Below, one piece after another: positions 17,082 to 23,843 of a stretch of DNA of 39,283 nt (position 1 is its first letter; the number at the start of each line of letters is the position of its first letter). The stretch lies in IMG/VR virus record IMGVR_UViG_3300030012_000948, positions 1-39,283 of that record. One strand, given 5' to 3'. A program made the position numbers and the translations under genes. This DNA comes from a virus. Taxonomy: Duplodnaviria; Caudoviricetes. Below the pieces are notes generated by a model. That model had not been told where the DNA came from and searched no databases. It was given only the letters and a program-made list of their open reading frames with translations.

Positions 17082-17935
17082 TAGTTAATAAAGAAGATAA
17101 CTTAAAGTACTTATATGCTTTTAAAGAAGGTAAAATTAAACGTGGTTTAGAAATTGGAAACGAGTTTGATAAGTGGTATGTTCACAAACGTGGTAGCTTT
17201 ACAGTTATTGTTGGATTAGATAATGTTGGTAAAACTTTTTTTATGTTATGGTACTTTTTATGCTTAAGCATTAAACACAATGTTAAATGGTGTATATGGA
17301 GCGGAGAAAATAGCTCAGGACAATTAACAAGAGATTTAATACAAATGTATGCACAATGTAAATTGACTAAATTAACTAAACCACAAATAGATAAATACAA
17401 TAATAAAATTTCACAGTGGTTTACTTTTGTTAGTAATAAAAAAATGTATAATCATAAAGATTTACTTAAGATATTTAAAGAGAGTAATTGTGGTGCTTGT
17501 GCTATTGACCCATTCACAGGATTAAACCACAACAGAAGAGTAAATCAATATGAACGTAACTATTTGATTTGCAATGATATAAGAGAGTTTTGTAATACAA
17601 CAGGTAAATCAATATATGTAATGACTCACCCAATGACTGAATCAGCAAGAAGAGTTTACCCACCAAATCACGAATTTGCATCATACATACAACCACCAAG
17701 AAAATCAGATGTTGAGGGTGGACAAGTATTTGCTAATCGCTGCGATTCTTTTCTTTCGATACATAGGTTTACTAATTCACCTGAAAGCTGGATGATGACA
17801 CAAGTAAGAGTAGAAAAAATTAAAGACAAAGAAACAGGAGGAACACCAACTCTTGACCAACCATTATGTTTTGATTACAATAGTGGATTAGGATTTACAA
17901 TTGGTGGTAATAATGTATTAAAACAAAAAAAATGA
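17078..17935 (+). CDS. Replicative helicase (SF4, DnaB/Twinkle-like P-loop)
   Basis: Walker A GLDNVGKT, WSGE, Walker B AIDPF, VMTHP and 'VEKIK' motifs. Confidence 0.85.
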   Translation: MIVNKEDNLKYLYAFKEGKIKRGLEIGNEFDKWYVHKRGSFTVIVGLDNVGKTFFMLWYFLCLSIKHNVKWCIWSGENSSGQLTRDLIQMYAQCKLTKLTKPQIDKYNNKISQWFTFVSNKKMYNHKDLLKIFKESNCGACAIDPFTGLNHNRRVNQYERNYLICNDIREFCNTTGKSIYVMTHPMTESARRVYPPNHEFASYIQPPRKSDVEGGQVFANRCDSFLSIHRFTNSPESWMMTQVRVEKIKDKETGGTPTLDQPLCFDYNSGLGFTIGGNNVLKQKK

Positions 17936-18171
17936 GATATAAATATGAAGACATACAAAAGTTTATGGAGTTTAAAACTTGGACTGATAAACAAAAAATA
18001 GATAAATTACTTGAAATAGATTGTAGTTTATATGCACATCTTGGCACAGATTCAACAAGAAGTGAAAAAGATGAAGTAAAAAGAAGAAGTTTAGAAATAT
18101 ATAGAATTATAAAAACATTAGATAAAAAACTTGGTGATGAATTACTTTACTCAGAAGATTTAAAACAATGA
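17932..18171 (+). CDS. Hypothetical protein (79 aa)
   Basis: ATGA overlaps on both sides. Confidence 0.65.
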   Translation: MRYKYEDIQKFMEFKTWTDKQKIDKLLEIDCSLYAHLGTDSTRSEKDEVKRRSLEIYRIIKTLDKKLGDELLYSEDLKQ

Positions 18172-18797
18172 ATATTACTAATGAAGATAATATGGAGCTA
18201 ATGGCAAGGTATGAAGATAATCACTTTGACCTTGCTATAGTAGACCCTCCTTATGGATTAGGAAAAAAAACTACAAGTGGCGGAACTAATAAAAGTAAAG
18301 GAGGTAAAAATTATCAAGCAGCTAAATGGGATAACCACGATTGGGATAACGAAATACCAACAGATAAATATTTTATTGAATTAAAAAGAGTAAGTAAGAA
18401 CCAGATTGTATGGGGTGGTAATTATTTTCCTTTTTTATGGGATAAAAGTTGTAGGAGTTTGATAACTTGGGATAAAATGGTTTATCTGCCTACTATGAGT
18501 CAAATTGAATATGCTTGGTATTCTAAAGATAAGTTGCCACAACTAATAAAAATAGATAACAATGATTCTAACAGAACACATCCAACACAAAAACCTGTTA
18601 AATTATACGAATGGTTATTAATGAATTACGCAAAAGAAGGAGATAAGATTTTAGACACTCATTTAGGAAGTGGCTCAATAGCTTTAGCTTGCCACAATTT
18701 AGGATATGATTTAACTGCTTGTGAACTTGACAAAGATTACTATGAAGCAGCTATAAAAAGAATAGAACAACACAAACAACAAATAAGAATGTTTTAA
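18168..18797 (+). CDS. DNA methyltransferase 2 (N6A/N4C, beta class)
   Basis: VDPPYG, WGGNYF, HPTQKP and ILDTHLGSGS motifs. Confidence 0.92.
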   Translation: MNITNEDNMELMARYEDNHFDLAIVDPPYGLGKKTTSGGTNKSKGGKNYQAAKWDNHDWDNEIPTDKYFIELKRVSKNQIVWGGNYFPFLWDKSCRSLITWDKMVYLPTMSQIEYAWYSKDKLPQLIKIDNNDSNRTHPTQKPVKLYEWLLMNYAKEGDKILDTHLGSGSIALACHNLGYDLTACELDKDYYEAAIKRIEQHKQQIRMF

Positions 18798-18798
18798 T

Positions 18799-19062
18799 AT
18801 GAATGATTTAGATTATACAATTACAAAGAACAAATTAGAAATATTGCTTTTAAAAGCACAAGAAGGTTTAAAAGTAGGTAAGGTAACACAAAGCAAATTA
18901 GATGCAGTAGAAACATTGCAAGACACTTTAAAATGTATGTTAGAGCTGAGGTTTACAATTGATGAACTAAATAAAAAACAAAGTTTATTAACAATGCAAA
19001 ATGTAAAAGCATACAAAGAAACTGCTGAACTTAAGAAAAAATTTAATACTTTTAAAAAATAA
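18799..19062 (+). CDS. Hypothetical coiled-coil protein (87 aa)
   Basis: Clean ORF within the operon. Confidence 0.6.
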   Translation: MNDLDYTITKNKLEILLLKAQEGLKVGKVTQSKLDAVETLQDTLKCMLELRFTIDELNKKQSLLTMQNVKAYKETAELKKKFNTFKK

Positions 19063-19072
19063 ACTATAAATT

Positions 19073-19165
19073 ATGGGAATTACAATAATATTAACAATAA
19101 CACATTTAACCTGTTTTATATTAGGTATAATAGTAACACAAATCATTGAAAGCAAATTCAAATAA
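19073..19165 (+). CDS. 30-aa single-TM peptide
   Basis: MGITIILTITHLTCFILGIIVTQIIESKFK; leader nearly identical to that of the exonuclease gene. Confidence 0.55.
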   Translation: MGITIILTITHLTCFILGIIVTQIIESKFK

Positions 19166-19322
19166 AAAGAAAAGAACTCTTAATGAGTACAGACAAACAA
19201 AGGACTCGTACTATATTAATCCTCATACTCCTGTTGAGTATAACATTGCTTTACTGTGTAGGATATACCCTAATGATGCAGAGTTAGGAGCTGTAATTAG
19301 AAAACACTTTCAAAAGATATGA
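19146..19322 (+). CDS. Small hypothetical protein (58 aa, YPNDAELGAVIR motif)
   Basis: Hand-translated from a TTG; stop overlaps the ATG of the next gene; start uncertain. Confidence 0.5.
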   Translation: MKANSNKKKRTLNEYRQTKDSYYINPHTPVEYNIALLCRIYPNDAELGAVIRKHFQKI

Positions 19323-19669
19323 GTTTAAATGCAATTCAAAAAGGTAAAAGATTTGAGCTAAAAATAGCCAAAGATTTAGCAAAGAAGTTTGAAACTAATA
19401 TTAGAAGAACACCAAACAGCGGTGGTTTAAGTATTAAAGGAGATATAATGACAACAAGCGGAATACTATCTGAGTATAGCTGGGAGTGTAAGAACCAAGA
19501 GAAATTAAATATCTGGAAAGCATTAGAACAAAGTGAAGGAGATGCAAGAGGAACATTAAAAACACCATTAGTTGTATTTACCAAGAACTTTGAAAAAGAT
19601 TATGTTGCATTAAAATATGATGACTTTGTTAATTTACTTCTTGAATTAAATGAGTACAGAAGTAGATAA
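19319..19669 (+). CDS. Holliday junction resolvase-like PD-(D/E)XK nuclease
   Basis: KGKRFE, SGG...GDI, ECKNQE and PLVVF motifs. Confidence 0.75.
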   Translation: MSLNAIQKGKRFELKIAKDLAKKFETNIRRTPNSGGLSIKGDIMTTSGILSEYSWECKNQEKLNIWKALEQSEGDARGTLKTPLVVFTKNFEKDYVALKYDDFVNLLLELNEYRSR

Positions 19670-20159
19670 TATACTACATATTCTAATAAGAGATGAGAAA
19701 ACTTGGCTTAACATGGCTGAGGAAATAAGCAGCAGTAGTAAAGTACCAGCAAAAGATTTACTACATGATTTTTATATTGCTTTACATAGTAAAATTGATA
19801 GTGGTAAAGTAAAAATTAATGACATCCTGTATAACGATTCTTTAAATAAAGCGTTTATATATAAGATGATGTACAATATATTTATTGATAACATAAGAAA
19901 CGACAGGGACATATTAATAGATAAAGAACTTAAAAACATTATAGAAGCAGACAACGAACCATATATTGATATTGAAAAAGTAGTTGATGAAATAGTAGAT
20001 GGCTTTTATTGGTTTGATAGAAAGTTATTTAATTTATATAGAAAGAAATTCCATAGCATAAGAAAACTATCAGCAGCAACTAATATATCACACGTAGTTG
20101 TATGGAGAACTATAAATAATTGTATTAAAGAGATTAAAAAAAAAATTAATGAAAAGTAA
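19650..20159 (+). CDS. Phage ECF-like RNA polymerase sigma factor
   Basis: Region-2-like 'AKDLLHDFYIAL...AFIYKMMYNIFIDNIR' and region-4 HTH 'SIRKLSAATNISHVVVWRTINN'; 169 aa. Confidence 0.75.
   Translation: MSTEVDNILHILIRDEKTWLNMAEEISSSSKVPAKDLLHDFYIALHSKIDSGKVKINDILYNDSLNKAFIYKMMYNIFIDNIRNDRDILIDKELKNIIEADNEPYIDIEKVVDEIVDGFYWFDRKLFNLYRKKFHSIRKLSAATNISHVVVWRTINNCIKEIKKKINEK
19830..19859 (+). promoter_or_regulatory. Putative late promoter embedded in the sigma gene, upstream of the terminase operon
   Basis: TATAAC-gattctttaaataaag(16)-CGTTTATA. Confidence 0.7.
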
Positions 20160-20526
20160 AGGTTTAGGCGATACAGTAGAAAAGATAACAAAAGCTACTG
20201 GTATAAAACAAGCTACTGATTGGATATTTGATAAACTTGGAAAAGATTGCGGATGTGATGCAAGAAAAGAAAAATTAAATAAATTATTTCCATATAAAGT
20301 AGAATGTTTAAACGAAGAAGAATATATGTATTTAAAAGGATTCTTCACAATAAATAAAAACATAGTAAACAACATAGAACAAAAAGAACTATTAAAAATA
20401 CATAATAGAGTATTTAACACCAACAAAAAAGCATCCAGTTGTGGCAGTTGTGTAAAAGATTTAGTTAATACTATGAAAAGATTATATAATGAATATGAAT
20501 ACGAAAGAGAAAGTAAAAGCAATTGA
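20149..20526 (+). CDS. Hypothetical phage protein (GLGD...DCGC...CGSC), possibly Zn-binding
   Basis: Cys motifs; lies between the sigma and terminase genes. Confidence 0.65.
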   Translation: MKSKGLGDTVEKITKATGIKQATDWIFDKLGKDCGCDARKEKLNKLFPYKVECLNEEEYMYLKGFFTINKNIVNNIEQKELLKIHNRVFNTNKKASSCGSCVKDLVNTMKRLYNEYEYERESKSN

Positions 20527-20576
20527 AAAAAAGCTATTAATGTTTTTAAACAAATACAGTGAAAATACAGTGAAAA

Positions 20577-20915
20577 ATGTCAAGAGAACAAAACTTAAAA
20601 AGTTGGACTAAAGGCCAATCAGGTAATCCAAAAGGCAAACCAAAAGGCGCTAAAAATAGAAGCACAATTATTAAAGAAATACTTAACTTAATGGTTAAGA
20701 AAGTTGATGCAGATGGTAAAGCAGTTTGGCAAAGTAAAGAGTATTTAATGGTTGAAGCATTAGTTAATAAAGCTATTGATAAAGGGGATGTAAATGCTTT
20801 TAATGCTATATATAATAATTTGTATGGTAACTTAAAAGATACTGTTGATGTAAATACTACAGAAGAAGTAAACCATGATTTCAGAAAAATCATTTCAAGG
20901 ATTAAAGCTCAATAA
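20577..20915 (+). CDS. terS: Terminase small subunit (DUF5681-like)
   Basis: 'WTKGQSGNPKGKPKG' N-terminus, directly upstream of the large subunit. Confidence 0.7.
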   Translation: MSREQNLKSWTKGQSGNPKGKPKGAKNRSTIIKEILNLMVKKVDADGKAVWQSKEYLMVEALVNKAIDKGDVNAFNAIYNNLYGNLKDTVDVNTTEEVNHDFRKIISRIKAQ

Positions 20916-22104
20916 AAAGTATTTAGTATTAGATGAATCATTTGCACGTTATTTTATTGTAACTGGTGGTAGAGGTTCAGGTAAATCATTTGCAGTTAAC
21001 TCAGTACTATTACTATTAACTTATCAAGCAGGGCATACTATATTATTTACACGTTACACGCTAAGAGCTGCCAGCATTAGTATTATACCTGAGTTTATAG
21101 AAAAGTTAGAACTACTTGGGGTTATTGACCAATTCAAAATAACAAAGGATGAAATAATAAATAAAGGCAATGGTAGCAAGATAATATTTAGAGGTATCAA
21201 AACAAGTTCAGGTGACCAAACTGCAAATCTTAAATCATTGACTGGTATAACTACGTGGGTAATGGATGAAGCTGAGGAACTTAATGATGAGGATATATTT
21301 GATAAGATTGATTTATCTGTTAGAAACAAAATACAAGAAAACAGAGTTATATTAATATTAAACCCAACAACCAAAGAACATTTTATTTATAAACGTTGGT
21401 TTGAAGATAGGGGAGTTAGTGCTGGTAGTAATATAACAAAAGAAGATACAACATACATTCACACAACATATTTAGATAATATAGACAACCTTTCAGAAAG
21501 CTATATTAAGCAGATTGAAACAATGAAAGTAAGAAGGCCAAACAGATACAAGCATACAATAGAGGGTGCTTGGTTAGATAAAGCTGAGGGTGTTATATTT
21601 ACTGATTGGAGTATAGGAGAATTTAAACAAGTAGGCAAAGTTGTATTTGGCCAAGATTATGGTTTTAGCAATGACCCATCTACATTAGTTAAAACAAGTA
21701 TAGATAAAGAAAATAAAATAATCTATATACAATTATGTTTCTACCAAACTAAACTAACTACAAGTGAGATATTACAACTTAACAAGAAGTTTGCAGCAGA
21801 TAATTTAATAGTAGGTGATTCAGCAGAACCAAGATTAATAACAGAACTAAGCAGAGATTGTAATGTAGTGCCAGCTATTAAAGGACAAGGCAGTATTACG
21901 TTTGGAATTAGTTTATTACAAGATTATGATTTAGTAATAACTGAAGATAGTACAGAATTAATTAAAGAGTTAAATAACTATTGTTGGTTAGAAAAGAAAT
22001 CACAAACACCAGTTGATAATTTTAATCATGCTATTGATGCGCTGAGGTATGCAGTTAGCTACCAATTACAGAATCCTAATTTAGGAGAATATCACATTTA
22101 TTGA
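20875..22104 (+). CDS. terL: Terminase large subunit (PBSX/SPP1-like)
   Basis: GGRGSGKS, WVMDEA, LNP, GQDYG, DSAEP and NHAIDALRY motifs. Confidence 0.95.
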   Translation: MISEKSFQGLKLNKKYLVLDESFARYFIVTGGRGSGKSFAVNSVLLLLTYQAGHTILFTRYTLRAASISIIPEFIEKLELLGVIDQFKITKDEIINKGNGSKIIFRGIKTSSGDQTANLKSLTGITTWVMDEAEELNDEDIFDKIDLSVRNKIQENRVILILNPTTKEHFIYKRWFEDRGVSAGSNITKEDTTYIHTTYLDNIDNLSESYIKQIETMKVRRPNRYKHTIEGAWLDKAEGVIFTDWSIGEFKQVGKVVFGQDYGFSNDPSTLVKTSIDKENKIIYIQLCFYQTKLTTSEILQLNKKFAADNLIVGDSAEPRLITELSRDCNVVPAIKGQGSITFGISLLQDYDLVITEDSTELIKELNNYCWLEKKSQTPVDNFNHAIDALRYAVSYQLQNPNLGEYHIY

Positions 22105-22156
22105 AGCCCCGCTTAAGCCACCCTTAAGCATTTAGATAAGATAAGAAAAGATAAGA
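22102..22156 (+). repeat. Intergenic second copy of the origin-like element
   Basis: Three 11-bp-phased units (tgaagccccgc/ttaagccaccc/ttaagcattta), plus 21 nt (22134..22154) identical to 17024..17044. Confidence 0.6.
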
Positions 22157-22197
22157 TATATAAGAAAAAATAAAAAAAAATAAAAAAAATACTATGT

Positions 22198-22231
22198 TTT
22201 GTAATTTGTATTATAATTATACTTATATTTG
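22198..22231 (+). promoter_or_regulatory. Host sigma-A promoter of the plus-strand accessory slot, with TATAATTATA palindrome (22212..22221)
   Basis: Perfect TATATTTG (-7 box) at 22224..22231, TTTG upstream, and an A-tract UP-like region. Confidence 0.75.
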
Positions 22232-22237
22232 ATTATT

Positions 22238-22257
22238 ATTAATTAAAACCAAAACAA
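22238..22257 (+). repeat. Conserved 20-nt leader, copy 2
   Basis: ATTAATTAAAACCAAAACAA, with the last A being the A of ATG. Confidence 0.9.
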
Positions 22258-22412
22258 TGATTATAGAAACAATGTTAAAATTAGAAAGAGAAAGATACTC
22301 AAGAAAGTTTTTAAATAAACATTTTAATAAAATGACAAAAAAACAAAAAGAACAAGCTATGAAAATACTTGTTGATTTTCAAAAATTTAAAGATAGAGAA
22401 TTAGCATTGTAA
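22257..22412 (+). CDS. Accessory small basic protein (51 aa)
   Basis: MIIETMLKLERERYSRKFLNKHFNKMTKKQKEQAMKILVDFQKFKDRELAL; lies exactly between two leader copies. Confidence 0.75.
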   Translation: MIIETMLKLERERYSRKFLNKHFNKMTKKQKEQAMKILVDFQKFKDRELAL

Positions 22413-22431
22413 TTAATTAAAACCAAAACAA
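22412..22431 (+). repeat. Conserved 20-nt leader, copy 3
   Basis: Exact copy starting in the upstream stop codon. Confidence 0.9.
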
Positions 22432-22432
22432 A

Positions 22433-22648
22433 ATGAAATATCAAGTAATAATAAATGACACTAAAGAAACAGTTTTTACATCAGATAATGGAAAGTATAC
22501 AAAAGTGTGGGAAGATGACTATTATAGGTCTTTGTCTTATAAAAGTGAAAAAGGGTTTTTAAATGCATTAAATAAAATGATTAATAAAAAAAGTCAGATT
22601 AGAGCGTGGAATGAAGATGGTACACCAAATAAAGAATTTAAATTATAA
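22433..22648 (+). CDS. Accessory small protein (71 aa)
   Basis: Follows the conserved leader and precedes a terminator. Confidence 0.75.
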   Translation: MKYQVIINDTKETVFTSDNGKYTKVWEDDYYRSLSYKSEKGFLNALNKMINKKSQIRAWNEDGTPNKEFKL

Positions 22649-22676
22649 GTCAAAATAAACAAAGAACTAAAATTAT

Positions 22677-22703
22677 AAGCTACTGTAATAGGTAGCTTTT
22701 TTT
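22677..22703 (+). terminator. Intrinsic terminator of the accessory slot
   Basis: AAGCTAC-tgtaatag-GTAGCTT plus T run. Confidence 0.8.
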
Positions 22704-22719
22704 ATTATATTTGAAATAA

Positions 22720-22796
22720 GCAAATAATAGCCAATGTTAATTTGCGTTTTGGTTTAAAGTAGGTATTCGGCAAAAGAGCGTTACCTACTTTTTTTT
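22720..22796 (+). ncRNA. Putative stand-alone antisense sRNA 2 (~77 nt; hairpin - seed - terminator)
   Basis: TATATTTG box at 22706..22713; stem GCAAAT/ATTTGC; seed GTTTTGGTTT (22746..22755) complementary to AAACCAAAAC of the shared leader; terminator AAAGTAGGTA/TACCTACTTT plus T run. Confidence 0.65.
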
Positions 22797-22805
22797 ATAT
22801 TTGTA

Positions 22806-22835
22806 TATAACGATTCAACAATTAAAACGTTTATA
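22806..22835 (+). promoter_or_regulatory. Putative late promoter of the tail operon (near-leaderless mRNA)
   Basis: TATAAC-gattcaacaattaaaa(16)-CGTTTATA, ending 5 nt before ATG 22841. Confidence 0.78.
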
Positions 22836-22840
22836 TATAA

Positions 22841-23512
22841 ATGAAGTTAACTATTAACATACCAGAAACACTTAATGAAGTTACTTTAAAGCAATACCAA
22901 AAGTGGTTAAAGATTGCTGAGGGTAAAGAACTGGATTCATTCTTACAACAAAAGATGGTAGAGATATTTTGTAATGTACCATTAAAACAAGTATTACAAA
23001 TAAAAGCTACTGATATAAACAACATCTGTGAAGAGCTATCAAAACTATTTAATAATGAACCTAAATTTATAGATAGGTTTACAAAGAATGATAAAGAGTT
23101 TGGATTTATACCAAAGCTGGATGATATTAGTTTTGGTGAGTATGTTGATTTAGATACTTACCTTGCTGATTGGGAACTTATGCACAAAGCAATAGGTGTC
23201 TTATATAGACCAATAACTTACAAGAAGAAACAACAGTATTTAATAGAAGATTATGAAAGTTCTGATAAATATGATATGTCAGAAACAACATTAGATATTG
23301 TATTTGGAGCGATTGTTTTTTTTTACAATTTAAGAAAAGAATTACAGAAAACTATCCTGAACTATTTAGCAACACAGAAGGAGATAGAGCTGCCTCAGCA
23401 TCTGCGGGATTCTCTGCTAAATGGGGATGGTATCAATCTATCTACGGACTTACTAATGGCAACATTCTCAAGTACAATGAAATTACCAAATCAAAACTAC
23501 ATACCTGTTTAA
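22841..23512 (+). CDS. Probable tail assembly chaperone (0-frame product)
   Basis: First gene of the tail operon; has a T9 slippery site and an open -1 frame. Confidence 0.65.
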   Translation: MKLTINIPETLNEVTLKQYQKWLKIAEGKELDSFLQQKMVEIFCNVPLKQVLQIKATDINNICEELSKLFNNEPKFIDRFTKNDKEFGFIPKLDDISFGEYVDLDTYLADWELMHKAIGVLYRPITYKKKQQYLIEDYESSDKYDMSETTLDIVFGAIVFFYNLRKELQKTILNYLATQKEIELPQHLRDSLLNGDGINLSTDLLMATFSSTMKLPNQNYIPV

Positions 23513-23580
23513 TGCACTTAGCATTTGAAAAAGATAAATATGAATTAGAACAACAGATATTAAAAAGAAGCCAAAGATGA
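23317..23580 (+). other. Programmed -1 frameshift site and extension of the tail chaperone (fusion ~246 aa)
   Basis: T TTT TTT at 23317..23323. The -1 frame reads LQFKKRITENYPELF...FSAKWGWYQSIYGL...RSQR*, and its TGA overlaps ATG 23577. Confidence 0.75.
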
Positions 23581-23843
23581 CAAAGCAAGATATATTAGAG
23601 GAGTTAACTGAAAGAAATTTATTAGTAGAGAATGACCACATTATTTTAGTTGATGGCTTTGAAGAAGCATTTTTAGGTATTACAGCAAATCACCCAGTAC
23701 AAGCAATTTATGATTATTGGATTTGTTTAGATATTTTAATACAAAGAGAGGGTTTAGATTTTGATAATGCTATTGATTCTCTTGATGAATTTATAGAGCA
23801 AGATTTAGGTAATCACACACCAAGATATATAAAAGTAGTATGA
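23577..23843 (+). CDS. Hypothetical acidic protein (88 aa)
   Basis: ATGA-coupled on both sides. Confidence 0.65.
   Translation: MTKQDILEELTERNLLVENDHIILVDGFEEAFLGITANHPVQAIYDYWICLDILIQREGLDFDNAIDSLDEFIEQDLGNHTPRYIKVV

Noticed and set aside
22160-22190. Poly-A tracts here and at ~1017..1036 and ~32693..32713 as separate elements
   Set aside because: Best explained as UP-like or bendable DNA upstream of promoters; homopolymer lengths are also error-prone.
22238-22431. CRISPR mini-array or integron suggested by the repeated 20-mer
   Set aside because: The intervening 154 nt is an ORF, the repeat is not hairpin-forming like attC or most CRISPR repeats, and no cas or integrase gene is present.
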